Positions 8,893 to 18,546 of a stretch of DNA of 50,802 nt are shown here, in pieces (the stretch's first letter is position 1; each line of letters begins with the position of its first letter). The notes below the pieces were generated by a model. That model was not told the DNA's origin and made no database searches. It saw nothing but the letters and a program-made list of their open reading frames with translations. The position numbers were made by a program, and so were the translations under genes. Origin of the DNA: Candidatus Muiribacteriota bacterium (GTDB lineage: Bacteria > Muiribacteriota > Muiribacteriia > Muiribacteriales > Muiribacteriaceae); contig JBNJGP010000006.1 in the NCBI GenBank assembly GCA_051747805.1, positions 1 to 50,802 of the forward strand, read 5' to 3'.

Positions 8893-10770
8893 TCAGTCAA
8901 GTTTATTGCTAATTTTTTTAATTAATTCTTTTGCAAATTTTTTATAAATTAAATCTTTATCATTATCAAGATATAACTTAAGATGTTTTTTAGCTTTTTT
9001 AAAATCTTCAAGTACAACATAACAATTACCAATGTAAAAATCGACAAGATTAAAACTTTTATTTAATTTTTTTACATTAAAATAAGATTCCAGAGCTTTA
9101 AAATATTCCTTTTTAAACTCATAGCAAGTTCCCAACTGAAAATGAGGCATAAATGAGCTTGCATCAAATTCAAGACCTTTTGTTAAAACAAGAATAGCCT
9201 CGTCAATTTTTTTTAATTTAATATAGGCGTCCGCAAGGGAAAAATAGGCAAGTTCAGGGCTATAATTCCATTTGGTATATATTTTTTGCATTTCTTTTTC
9301 CGGCTTTGAGATTATCGCTTCTTTAAAGCATTCGATGGCTTTTGTGTTTTTATTCAGTTTGGAATAAACTATACCAAGTCCATGGTAAACAATTCCATTA
9401 TTTCCCAGTATATCCAGAGATTTTATAAAACTCTCCTTAGCTTTTTCTAAACCTCCAAGCTTTAAATAAAGAGACCCCAGACTATAAAAACCCCAGGGAT
9501 TTTCAGGATTATCTGCGGTAAATTTTTCGGCTTCTTCAAGTGCTTTTTTTATATTTAAATCAGACTCTTTTTTTCCTGCTGCTTTTTGTTTCATTATTTT
9601 ATAATCTTCTTCGTCGCCCTCTTCACTCTCTTCGTTTAACTCTGACGTCCAACTTTCTATTCTACTTTTTATTTCAGAAGATAAATTATTATATTTTTTT
9701 AAAATATTGTCTTTTTCTTCTAAAAAGTTTCTTTTTTCATCCATTATTTTATAAATCTGAAGTAAATTTAACCTTAAATACATATCATCTACAATTGTAC
9801 CTTTAATATCTTCAAAAATATTTTTGGCTTTTTGCATATTTCCGGTAATCATGAAATATAACCCTTTATAATAATTAAAATAAGGTGCAATGTCCCTGTT
9901 TTTGATTACTTTTTTTTCATACTCTTTTAATTTTTGTCCCATTTTTTCAACCATTTCCAGTTTCAAAAGAATTCTGAGATATTCAAGTAAAAAAACATTG
10001 TCATCCTCACAAAAAACAATATTTTCTTCAATAATCTTTAACGCTTCTTCAGTCTTGTCAATTTCATCAAGTATTCTACTAAGCAAAACCAAACCCTCAC
10101 CATTTATTTTCCCAGATTCTTCCTGTTCAAAAAGCAATTCTGCCGCGAGATAAAGTTCGTTTTTATTGTACATGAATAATGCCTCTAAAAAACTTAATCG
10201 CGGCTCTATTTTAAAAAACTTTTTATTTTCTTTAATTAAAGTCTCAAAATCAGCAAACAACTGATTTTTTATAAGTTCTCTGCCTTTTAGCTGGAGTAAT
10301 TCACAAAATGTTTTTTCAAACTTTAATCTAAGAGGATGTTTTTCATCCCTTACAATAGAAGTTTTAAAAGATTTTAGAAAATAGTCTATATTATCATCCA
10401 GGTCAGAATAATTATCAAAAACAGGTAATATTTCTACTTTAATTCCTTTACTTTTTAAAAAGTTACTGTTGTTTTTTACGTACTTTAATATATTATTATT
10501 TTTAGTAATAAATTTTAGAAGTTCGAGCATATTACTCTCGCCACTATTAATATTATTAATCTCATAATTATGTGGAATAGTTAAAAAATCTATTTTTTCC
10601 AAAATAGTCTGTTTTTTTTCTCTTCTTTTTACTCCAAATAAATAAAGGTTTTTTTTATATTTAACAAGAATATATTTTATATGACGCTTAACCGATATAT
10701 CAATACATCCATGTGTAAGAAACCCATCATTATTTTTATTTACTACTAATACATCACTTTTTAAACTCAT
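8893..10770 (-). CDS. TPR repeat protein
   Basis: Multiple C-terminal TPRs (NPENPWGFYSLGSLY, IVYHGLGIVY, PHFQLGTCY). Confidence 0.8.
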   Translation of the reverse strand: MSLKSDVLVVNKNNDGFLTHGCIDISVKRHIKYILVKYKKNLYLFGVKRREKKQTILEKIDFLTIPHNYEINNINSGESNMLELLKFITKNNNILKYVKNNSNFLKSKGIKVEILPVFDNYSDLDDNIDYFLKSFKTSIVRDEKHPLRLKFEKTFCELLQLKGRELIKNQLFADFETLIKENKKFFKIEPRLSFLEALFMYNKNELYLAAELLFEQEESGKINGEGLVLLSRILDEIDKTEEALKIIEENIVFCEDDNVFLLEYLRILLKLEMVEKMGQKLKEYEKKVIKNRDIAPYFNYYKGLYFMITGNMQKAKNIFEDIKGTIVDDMYLRLNLLQIYKIMDEKRNFLEEKDNILKKYNNLSSEIKSRIESWTSELNEESEEGDEEDYKIMKQKAAGKKESDLNIKKALEEAEKFTADNPENPWGFYSLGSLYLKLGGLEKAKESFIKSLDILGNNGIVYHGLGIVYSKLNKNTKAIECFKEAIISKPEKEMQKIYTKWNYSPELAYFSLADAYIKLKKIDEAILVLTKGLEFDASSFMPHFQLGTCYEFKKEYFKALESYFNVKKLNKSFNLVDFYIGNCYVVLEDFKKAKKHLKLYLDNDKDLIYKKFAKELIKKISNKLD

Positions 10771-11705
10771 CTGTTATACTCCAAAATAAAATCCTTTAAA
10801 GCAGAATTTCTTATAATATATTTGTATTTGATTTTCCTTATCAAACCAACTTCAACCAGCCTGCTCAAGGCCGAACCAGCAGCTCCTGCACTAATTTCAA
10901 GCATATATGATAGTTCTGAAATCTTCAGGCCGTTGCTGCCGCTTAAACTTATTAAAAATAATATATATTTTAACTGATTCCCTCCCCGCGCCTCTCCAAG
11001 ACGTTTAAAATAAATCAGGGCCATTTTTTCATTAATATCTTTTACTTTATCTTTTTTTAACAATATATCCAGTTCACCAAAAAAATTTTCTGCCTCTTTT
11101 TCATCATAATAATTATTTAAAAAATCTTCAAAATTAATTGAATAATGATTATCATTCCCGGAGATTAAATTTTTTAACCCTTTTTCAAATTTATATTCAA
11201 TCAGTAAATTTATTTTAAGTTCACGGCATTTTTGAATTATATATCTAAATACAAACTCTACCTCTTTTCTAGCCGTATTTCTGTTATCAATAAAATAATG
11301 TGCATTTGCTAATATTAAATTTTTTGCCTTTATTTTTTTCATAAAATCAAAAATAATATTCCAGGATAATAAAAATTTTTCGTTTTTATCAAGGTTTTCA
11401 TAATTAAGTTTTTGTAGCTGTAACTGAATATCTTTGTCAAAGTTTAATTTTTTAAAATAGTTTAAAAGTTGCCCTGATGTATATATTTTTTTGCGGGTTC
11501 TAATAAATTTTTTTAAAATCAAAGGAAGGGTAAACTTATAAAAATGATCAAAAGTATAAAAATGTAATTTTATATCAGTATAAATATATTCTGTTTGGGC
11601 AATTATATTTTGTTTTAATATTAAGCCTAAATCGTATCCTGGGTACGTTTTAATCCAGTTAATCCCATACTCAGGGCCGAGAATATCCTTTTCTTTGTTA
11701 AACAT
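10767..11705 (-). CDS. Hypothetical protein with C-terminal winged HTH
   Basis: LKISELSYMLEISAGAAGSALSRLVEVGLI...YIIRN. Stop overlaps next start (ATGA). No Walker A visible. Confidence 0.6.
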   Translation of the reverse strand: MFNKEKDILGPEYGINWIKTYPGYDLGLILKQNIIAQTEYIYTDIKLHFYTFDHFYKFTLPLILKKFIRTRKKIYTSGQLLNYFKKLNFDKDIQLQLQKLNYENLDKNEKFLLSWNIIFDFMKKIKAKNLILANAHYFIDNRNTARKEVEFVFRYIIQKCRELKINLLIEYKFEKGLKNLISGNDNHYSINFEDFLNNYYDEKEAENFFGELDILLKKDKVKDINEKMALIYFKRLGEARGGNQLKYILFLISLSGSNGLKISELSYMLEISAGAAGSALSRLVEVGLIRKIKYKYIIRNSALKDFILEYNR

Positions 11706-11711
11706 ACAAAT

Positions 11712-11740
11712 AAAATATCATAAACAGTAGCTTTTATCAA
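11712..11740 (-). promoter_or_regulatory. sigma70 promoter (leaderless) of wHTH-TPR-HEAT cluster
   Basis: TTGATA-N17-TATTTT with TG extension, 6 nt before ATG 11705. Confidence 0.45.
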
Positions 11741-11771
11741 ATTTAGATAGTTATCAGCAGCAATTCACAAT

Positions 11772-11799
11772 TTAAGAATTTATCAATTAATACCGATAT
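11772..11799 (+). promoter_or_regulatory. sigma28 (FliA/SigD)-like promoter
   Basis: TTAAG-N15-ACCGATAT upstream of the small Cys-rich ORF. Confidence 0.5.
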
Positions 11800-11858
11800 A
11801 TAATTTAGTGAGTTGAGTTTAGCAAAAAATAGAAATTTTACTACTAAAGGGAGGGTTT

Positions 11859-11990
11859 ATGTTTTGTCCAAAATGTAAAAAAAATGATAATGACTGGAAT
11901 ATTGAAGACGCCCTAATTATACATAATAAATGTCAGTATAAAGCAAAAAACAAAGAATTTTTAGATTATTTAAGAATACTCGGTTGTTAA
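11859..11990 (+). CDS. 43-aa Zn-ribbon-like microprotein (CxxC...HxxC)
   Basis: Below ORF-track cutoff. AGGGAGGG SD. MFCPKCKKNDNDWNIEDALIIHNKCQYKAKNKEFLDYLRILGC. Followed by a hairpin. Confidence 0.7.
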   Translation: MFCPKCKKNDNDWNIEDALIIHNKCQYKAKNKEFLDYLRILGC

Positions 11991-12004
11991 AATAATTTCG
12001 ATTA

Positions 12005-12035
12005 ATGCAGAGGTTTATTTGTAAAACCTCTGCAT
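12005..12035. terminator. Hairpin between convergent genes (probable bidirectional terminator)
   Basis: ATGCAGAGGTTT/AAACCTCTGCAT perfect 12-bp stem. Confidence 0.7.
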
Positions 12036-12050
12036 AGTTTCACATATTAA

Positions 12051-12611
12051 TTAAACTTCCATTCCCATCACAAGTTTTTTTTCGCCTAATTCCTCAAATT
12101 CCACAATTATATATTTCATCCCCTGGTCGGTTAAAACTCTTTTAACAGTTCCTTCTTTTCTCCATACTTCATGATAAATTTTATCAAACTCTTTATATTC
12201 TTTTGTTATCTTATAAATATCTGCATAATTTTCTTTTTTCTGTTTCCTTTTTCTGGTTACACGTCCCATGATTTTTTTTCTAAGTTGAGTTTTTCTCATA
12301 TTTTTTTTCTTTTCCTGAAGACGCGAAAGACCAAGTCGATGCAATTTTCGCCTTATTGATATAGGAGTAACATCGAAATGACGGGATATTTCCTCATCAG
12401 ACATTTTCATAAAATTTTTACGCAAAAATTCTTCCTCTACAGAAGTCCATTTTTTTTGTTTCTGTCTAATACATCCTAAACGGGATAATTTTCGCTGAAT
12501 AGCAATTACAGTTACACCAAATTTTTCAGCTAAATCAACATTGGAAATATTTTTGTAATTTTCACGTAAAAAATTTTCTTCTTCTTTTTTCCAGCGTTTA
12601 ATGTTTGTCAA
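12051..12611 (-). CDS. Protein with two Myb/GcrA-like HTH repeats and a C-terminal PcrA-CTD-like Tudor domain
   Basis: Repeats WKKEEENFLRENY...RKLSRLG and WTSVEEEFLRKNF...RKLHRLG. C-terminus DKIYHEVWRKEGTVKRV...IIVEFEELGEKKLVMG. TTG start. Confidence 0.65.
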   Translation of the reverse strand: MTNIKRWKKEEENFLRENYKNISNVDLAEKFGVTVIAIQRKLSRLGCIRQKQKKWTSVEEEFLRKNFMKMSDEEISRHFDVTPISIRRKLHRLGLSRLQEKKKNMRKTQLRKKIMGRVTRKRKQKKENYADIYKITKEYKEFDKIYHEVWRKEGTVKRVLTDQGMKYIIVEFEELGEKKLVMGMEV

Positions 12612-12639
12612 TTTTGCCCCCTCTCTGAATTACATTTTT

Positions 12640-13083
12640 TTAATTATTTGTTCTTATATAAACAGCTGAGTTCATATTTACCTCACCTGCGCCAATATCA
12701 TATTCAATAACATTTCCTGATTCCTGCACAAGATTAACCTCAAAAAAATCAACTTCCGCGACATTTTTTTCTTCAAAATTGTCTGTCCCGCTTTTAATTA
12801 GCTTTCCATCTCTGTAAACCAGATTATAAATTTCACTGTCCTCACCTGAACGATATTCAATATTCTGATTACCTACCGCCTGAATCGAAATACAATTTTC
12901 CAGTTCATAAGTCACTTTCTGCATTGCCTGACGCACATTATAAAAATCAACAGTAGATATTTCAGCATCTTTTGATGCTCTTGAGGATAATACCTGCCAT
13001 GTAAGAAGCACCCCAAGCAATCCTAATATACCTATTACAATCATTAGCTCTACAATAGTAAAACCTTTTTTTTTAATATTCAC
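12640..13083 (-). CDS. Prepilin/pseudopilin with type IV N-methylation motif
   Basis: [20 protein letters not shown]. Likely GTG start at 13083 with GGAG SD. Confidence 0.85.
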   Translation of the reverse strand: MNIKKKGFTIVELMIVIGILGLLGVLLTWQVLSSRASKDAEISTVDFYNVRQAMQKVTYELENCISIQAVGNQNIEYRSGEDSEIYNLVYRDGKLIKSGTDNFEEKNVAEVDFFEVNLVQESGNVIEYDIGAGEVNMNSAVYIRTNN

Positions 13084-13807
13084 TCTGCACTCCAAATACT
13101 ACTCTATTATTTTTTATTTTTGCATACTTTTTATCATAATCATTATCTGCAATATAACCAATTTTAAAGTTTAAATTTTCCATTTCAGTCTGATAAAACA
13201 AAGAAAAATTATCTCCGTTAAACTCAACCCCTAATCTATTCTTCGGATTAAAATCCACCGAATATTTTAAAAGAAGGAAAAATTTATCGGGTTTGTCTTC
13301 AGAAGAATCATACCCGCCGAAAAAAGCATCTCCGCCATTATTACCTCCAAAATTAAATCCCAGTCCAATATTATCTCTTATAACATATAACGAATGCCAG
13401 TTGTCACTTTCAAGGTCAACATAGGCACCAACTATATAACTATTATAATGTAGTTTATCTGAAATAAGAGTTTTAAAAGATAATGCGGGATTCGAGCCAT
13501 ATTGACTATTTGAGTAAAACTTCTGGGTTATCCCCATTTCATAGATATAATCGGAACGGAAAGAAACAGATAAATTATATATATAATCACTTCTATCATT
13601 TTCTTTATATGGTCTTAATGAAAGCTGAAAATCACTCTGTTTTCGATTATAAAAAGTATTGCCCGGTATTAAAAAACCAGCTTGATCTGGAAATTCAACC
13701 TGCAAGGCAACCGGTACATAAATCGATAAAAAAACGCCTATAACTACTGAAAATATTTTTTTACTGAGCATAATTGAAATTATATATAAAAAAATTTGTT
13801 TTTTCAA
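13073..13807 (-). CDS. Exported protein, possible outer-membrane beta-barrel
   Basis: Hydrophobic N-terminus, alternating amphipathic aromatic strands, C-terminal VVFGVQSEY. Start overlaps dnaJ stop. Confidence 0.45.
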   Translation of the reverse strand: MKKQIFLYIISIMLSKKIFSVVIGVFLSIYVPVALQVEFPDQAGFLIPGNTFYNRKQSDFQLSLRPYKENDRSDYIYNLSVSFRSDYIYEMGITQKFYSNSQYGSNPALSFKTLISDKLHYNSYIVGAYVDLESDNWHSLYVIRDNIGLGFNFGGNNGGDAFFGGYDSSEDKPDKFFLLLKYSVDFNPKNRLGVEFNGDNFSLFYQTEMENLNFKIGYIADNDYDKKYAKIKNNRVVFGVQSEY

Positions 13808-14940
13808 CTCTTAAAAAATTTTTTTATTTTTTCAAAAAAACTTTCAGTGTCCGGCTGATTTTTGGGAGTAAGAGATTCTTCAAACTTTTTTATTATTTCT
13901 TTCTGTTCTTTATTAAGCTTAACAGGCATTTCAACTTCTACTTTAACATAAAGGTCTCCCCGTGTTCTGCCTGTTGAATCAAATGGAACTCCCTCACCTT
14001 TTATTCTAAACATTTTACCAGGTTGTGTTCCAGCAGGTATATTCATAGTTACTTGTCTATTTTTAAGTACAGGAACCTTGATTTTACCACCTAAAATCGC
14101 TGTTGTGAATTTAAGTGGCAGTTCACAGTAAATATCATAGGCTTCTCTTTTAAAGTATGGGTGCTGGGCAACTTTAACAAAAATTATCAAGTCTCCATAT
14201 GGACCACCGTTAACTCCAGCATCACCCCCGCCTTTTATGCGCACTTTCTGCCCATCATCAATTCCTGCTGGTATTTTCACTTTAAGCTTCTCTTTTTTTT
14301 CTACAGCACCTCTACCATGACAGTCAGGGCAGAATTCATCAATTATTTTCCCCTTACCACGGCAGGCAGCACATGTGCTTGAAACACTGAAAAATCCCTG
14401 GGATCGAACTACTTTTCCTTTTCCGCGACATTGAGAACAGGTTTTCATTTTAACACCGTCTTTTGCCCCGGTTCCTTTACATGATTTGCAGGATATATCT
14501 TTAGGTATTGTAAGACTTATTTCTTTTCCAAAAATTGCGTCCTCAAAATCCAGCACAATTTCTGTACGTATATCACGACCTCTCTTAACCGAACTTCTTC
14601 TTGAGGTCCCTCCTCCAAAAACTCCTTCGCCAAAAAAGGCATCAAAAATATCACTGAAACCACCGGCCTCATGAAAACCGCCGCCACCAAAGTTTGAAAA
14701 ATCAAATCCGCCCATACCTTCAGCAGAGTGTCCAAACTGATCATATCTGGATTTTTTTTCAGGATTTGAAAGCACTTCATATGCTTCCTGAATTTCTTTA
14801 AACGTATTTTCAGCCTCTTTGTCTCCGGGATTCATATCAGGATGATATTTGCGTGCCAGCTTTCTATAGGCTTTTTTTATTTCACTGGCATCAGCACCTT
14901 TATTTAATCCTAAAACTTCATAATAATCTCTTTTTGCCAT
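13804..14940 (-). CDS. dnaJ: Chaperone DnaJ
   Basis: J domain with HPD, G/F region, four CxxCxGxG motifs. Confidence 0.98.
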   Translation of the reverse strand: MAKRDYYEVLGLNKGADASEIKKAYRKLARKYHPDMNPGDKEAENTFKEIQEAYEVLSNPEKKSRYDQFGHSAEGMGGFDFSNFGGGGFHEAGGFSDIFDAFFGEGVFGGGTSRRSSVKRGRDIRTEIVLDFEDAIFGKEISLTIPKDISCKSCKGTGAKDGVKMKTCSQCRGKGKVVRSQGFFSVSSTCAACRGKGKIIDEFCPDCHGRGAVEKKEKLKVKIPAGIDDGQKVRIKGGGDAGVNGGPYGDLIIFVKVAQHPYFKREAYDIYCELPLKFTTAILGGKIKVPVLKNRQVTMNIPAGTQPGKMFRIKGEGVPFDSTGRTRGDLYVKVEVEMPVKLNKEQKEIIKKFEESLTPKNQPDTESFFEKIKKFFKS

Positions 14941-14966
14941 AACTTTTACCTTCCTGTATAAAAAGT

Positions 14967-14997
14967 GGTCAGTTTTCCATAAAAAGGAAAACTGACC
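14967..14997 (-). terminator. Terminator/attenuator hairpin after dnaK
   Basis: GGTCAGTTTTCC/GGAAAACTGACC 12-bp stem followed by ACTTTTT on the minus strand. Confidence 0.7.
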
Positions 14998-15026
14998 CTG
15001 TTAACATTAAGAATATACTTTAAAAA

Positions 15027-16871
15027 TTATTTTTCAACTTCTGCATCAACAATTTTTTCATCATCTTTTTTATCAGAACTATCTGTGCCTCCATCTGTTT
15101 GAGGACCAGCTCCTCCTTCCGGACCCTGTTGTCCCTGAGGGTTCTGTTGATACATATGCTGTGCAAGTTTATGAGAAGCTTTCATAAGCTCTTCTTTTTT
15201 AGCTTTAATCTGCTCCATATCATTTTTTTCTATTGCCTCTTTTAATTCTTTGTTTGCTGTTTCAATTGCCGCCTTTTCTTCTGCACTGATTTTATCCCCA
15301 TACTCTTTCAGGCTTTTTTCAGTAGTATAAACAAGTTGATCTGCCTCGTTCTTTTCTTCAATTTCCTGTTTTCTTTTCTTGTCTTCTTCTTCATGTTGTT
15401 TTGCTTCTTCTACCATTTTATTGATTTCATCTTCAGATAAACCATCTGATACATTAACTTTAATCTTCTGTTCTTTTCCGGTTCCTTTGTCTTTAGCCGA
15501 TACATGTAGAATACCATTTGCATCAATATCAAAAGCTACTTCAATTTGCGGTACTCCTCTTGGAGCAGGTGGTATTCCTACAAGCTCAAATTTTGCCAGG
15601 GTTTTATTATAGGTGGCAAGCTCTCTTTCTCCTTGAAGAACGTGAATGCTTACCGCTGGCTGATTATCATCTGCAGTTGAAAACACCTGTGTTTTTTTAG
15701 TAGGTATTGTGGTATTTTTTTCAATTATTTTTGTAAACACTCCTCCAAGTGTTTCAATTCCTAAAGAAATTGGAATTACATCAAGAAGTAAAACGTCTTT
15801 AATATCACCTGCTAGAACAGCACCCTGTATTGCAGCTCCTACTGCCACACATTCATCAGGATTAACACCTTTATTTGCGGCTTTATTAAAATAATTTTTA
15901 ACCATTTCTGCCACAGCCGGCATTCTAGTTTGACCACCAACAAGTATTATTTCATTAACCTCGGATTTATCCCAGCCAGAATCCTGTATAGCCTTTTCAA
16001 TAGGTTCTCTGGTTTTTTCAATAAGATTGTTTGTAAGACTTTCAAGCTTTGCCCTTGTTAGAGTAATATCAAGATGCTTGGGCTCACCATCAACAGCAGT
16101 TATATAAGGTATGTTAATATTTGTCTGCATTGTCGAAGACAGTTCGATTTTCGCCTTTTCTGCCTCATCTTTTAATCTCTGCAGGGCTTTAAGGTCTTTT
16201 TTTAAATCAATATTATTTTCTTTTTTAAATTCTTCTGCCAAATAATCAATTACAGCCTGATCAAAATCGTCTCCACCTAACTTGGTATCACCATTTGTAG
16301 CCTTAACCTCAAAAACACCTTCTCCAATTTCAAGGCATGTTACATCAAATGTTCCACCACCAAGATCATAAACCACTATTTTTTCTTCACCTTTTTTATC
16401 AAGTCCATAGGCAAGAGAGGCAGCTGTAGGTTCGTTAATGATTCTTACAACATCAAGTCCTGCTATTTTACCAGCATCTTTTGTTGCTTTTCTCTGAGCA
16501 TCATTGAAATATGCAGGCACGGTAATAACAGCCTTTTCGATTTTTTCGCCAAGAAAATCTTCAGCATCTGCTTTAAGTTTTTGAAGGGTCATAGCAGATA
16601 TTTCCTGAGGAGTATATTTTTTATCATCTATAGATACTTTATGCTCCTCACCCATATACCTTTTAATTGATCTTATAGTTTTTTCAGGATTCACTACAGC
16701 CTGTCTTTTTGCCGGCAGACCTACAATTCTTTCTCCTTCTTTTGAAAACGCCACTATTGAAGGGGTAGTTCTTGTTCCTTCCTGATTAGTAATAACTGTG
16801 GGTTTATTTCCCTCAACTATTGCCATACATGAATTTGTTGTTCCTAAATCAATTCCTAATATTTTTCCCAT
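15027..16871 (-). CDS. dnaK: Chaperone DnaK
   Basis: [40 protein letters not shown]. Confidence 0.99.
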   Translation of the reverse strand: MGKILGIDLGTTNSCMAIVEGNKPTVITNQEGTRTTPSIVAFSKEGERIVGLPAKRQAVVNPEKTIRSIKRYMGEEHKVSIDDKKYTPQEISAMTLQKLKADAEDFLGEKIEKAVITVPAYFNDAQRKATKDAGKIAGLDVVRIINEPTAASLAYGLDKKGEEKIVVYDLGGGTFDVTCLEIGEGVFEVKATNGDTKLGGDDFDQAVIDYLAEEFKKENNIDLKKDLKALQRLKDEAEKAKIELSSTMQTNINIPYITAVDGEPKHLDITLTRAKLESLTNNLIEKTREPIEKAIQDSGWDKSEVNEIILVGGQTRMPAVAEMVKNYFNKAANKGVNPDECVAVGAAIQGAVLAGDIKDVLLLDVIPISLGIETLGGVFTKIIEKNTTIPTKKTQVFSTADDNQPAVSIHVLQGERELATYNKTLAKFELVGIPPAPRGVPQIEVAFDIDANGILHVSAKDKGTGKEQKIKVNVSDGLSEDEINKMVEEAKQHEEEDKKRKQEIEEKNEADQLVYTTEKSLKEYGDKISAEEKAAIETANKELKEAIEKNDMEQIKAKKEELMKASHKLAQHMYQQNPQGQQGPEGGAGPQTDGGTDSSDKKDDEKIVDAEVEK

Positions 16872-16905
16872 AATATCCTCCTATGATATTTATAATTACG
16901 GCTAT

Positions 16906-17751
16906 TTACGACTCTTTAGTTTCAGCCTTCTTATCTACTTTCTTACCAACTTTTACAAGCGCAGGTCTTAATACAGCACCTTTAAACATAAAACCTTTTT
17001 TAAACTCTTCAACAACCGTGTCATCTTCTTCCAGGTCAACATATTCTTCAACATCAATCGCCTCATGAAGATTGTGATCAAACTTCTCATTTAATGATTT
17101 TATTTCTTCAACTCCTTCTTTGGTTAAAATAGATTTTATCTTTTTTTCTATAAGCTCAAGACCATTAATAATATCTTTTTTGCTTATTTTTTCTTCTTTC
17201 TGATTTTTTATTCCATTTAAGGCATTATCAAAATTATCTAAAATATCTACGACAGACTTACATATTTCTCTGGCTGAATTTTTCTGAATCTGCTCTTTTT
17301 CTTTTTCCGAACGCCTGCTCAAATTATCATAATCTCTTTTCAACCTTGAACTCAACTCGATATATTCTTTGAGGGAATCATCTGTTTTTTTCTTCTGAGC
17401 TCTGAGTTCTTCAACTTCTTTTTCAATCTCCTGAAAATATTTTTCTCTATTTTTAACAGAGTTATAAAATTCTAATTGACCTTTAATAATTTCTTTGAAA
17501 AAATCTTTTTCAGCTTTATTATATTTTTGGATAAACTTTTTTTCATCCATATTTCTTTCTTCTAAAAATCTATTGAAAAATTTTTCGTCTATTTCCAGAT
17601 TTTCAAAATTTTTAGTAAACTCTTCTATAATATTATTTTTATCTTCTTTCTTATAATCATAATCTTCCAGCACTTCCTTAATACATTTTTTTATATTTTT
17701 AGTTTTTGACTTAAAATGATTTAAATTTTCTATTATTTTTTCTTTTTTCAT
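16906..17751 (-). CDS. grpE: Nucleotide exchange factor GrpE with long N-terminal extension
   Basis: FDHNLHEAI, KKGFMFKGAVLRPALVKV. Upstream of dnaK. Confidence 0.9.
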   Translation of the reverse strand: MKKEKIIENLNHFKSKTKNIKKCIKEVLEDYDYKKEDKNNIIEEFTKNFENLEIDEKFFNRFLEERNMDEKKFIQKYNKAEKDFFKEIIKGQLEFYNSVKNREKYFQEIEKEVEELRAQKKKTDDSLKEYIELSSRLKRDYDNLSRRSEKEKEQIQKNSAREICKSVVDILDNFDNALNGIKNQKEEKISKKDIINGLELIEKKIKSILTKEGVEEIKSLNEKFDHNLHEAIDVEEYVDLEEDDTVVEEFKKGFMFKGAVLRPALVKVGKKVDKKAETKES

Positions 17752-17798
17752 AGTTTGTTCTTCTCCTTAGAATAATTTTTTTCATTTATATTTGTATA

Positions 17799-17814
17799 TG
17801 CAACTACTGTACCA
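17799..17814 (-). promoter_or_regulatory. sigma54 (-24/-12) promoter of grpE-dnaK-dnaJ
   Basis: TGGTAC-AGTAG-TTGCA, exact GG-N10-GC spacing, about 50 nt before grpE. Confidence 0.65.
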
Positions 17815-17917
17815 TATAAAAAAAGAAATCCCTTTAACTTGAGTTCAGCAAATATTCTTAAAAGATCGGACGCCCGTTACAAAGTGAGGAATTTTTCTAC
17901 AGCATAAAAAAAATTCA

Positions 17918-18370
17918 TCAAAAATACCAGTATTTTTGAGAAGCTATTTCAAAATCTAGTATTTCATTTTTGCCGAAAAAGATTTTGATTTCTCTATCTG
18001 AACTTTCCTTTGAATCTGAGGCATGAACAAGATTATATAGGTTATTAACTGATAAATCTCCTCTTATACTGCCCGGTTTCCTTTCAGTGCTAACAGTTTT
18101 ACCAACCATACTTCTGATTTTCTCTATAACATCGGGGCCTTCTAACACCATTACTATAACTGGACCGCTTTTAATAAAATTCATTAATCTTTCATAATAC
18201 TCTTTTTTATAATGTTCTTTATAATGTTCTTCTGCCTGCCTATCTGATATTTTAATAAGTTTCAATGCAGAAATTTTAAAACCCGCTTTTTCAATCCGGG
18301 ATATGATTTCCCCGGAAATACTTCTATAAACTGCATCGGGTTTTAAAATAACCAGTGTTCTTTCATCCAT
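17918..18370 (-). CDS. ndk: Nucleoside diphosphate kinase
   Basis: ERTLVILKPDAV, PGSIRGD, NLVHASDS. Confidence 0.97.
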   Translation of the reverse strand: MDERTLVILKPDAVYRSISGEIISRIEKAGFKISALKLIKISDRQAEEHYKEHYKKEYYERLMNFIKSGPVIVMVLEGPDVIEKIRSMVGKTVSTERKPGSIRGDLSVNNLYNLVHASDSKESSDREIKIFFGKNEILDFEIASQKYWYF

Positions 18371-18546
18371 ATTATCCTCCTTTAAAAACTTATTATTTTT
18401 TTGTATAATTATATAACATACTTTTTATTATAGACTTGAGTGGTCCGGGGTGCTGTCAGCACAGTCCCTGTAAAATCAGGTTTTATAATGTCTACAGGTT
18501 AATATTTGCTAACCTCAATATTTATAATAACAGGAATATAAAATTT

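Noticed and set aside
18436..18500. TPP or purine riboswitch, or trp attenuator peptide
   Set aside because: Lacks UGAGA and the GAACCUGAU core, lacks the purine-riboswitch motif order, and has no Trp-rich leader ORF with a start codon.
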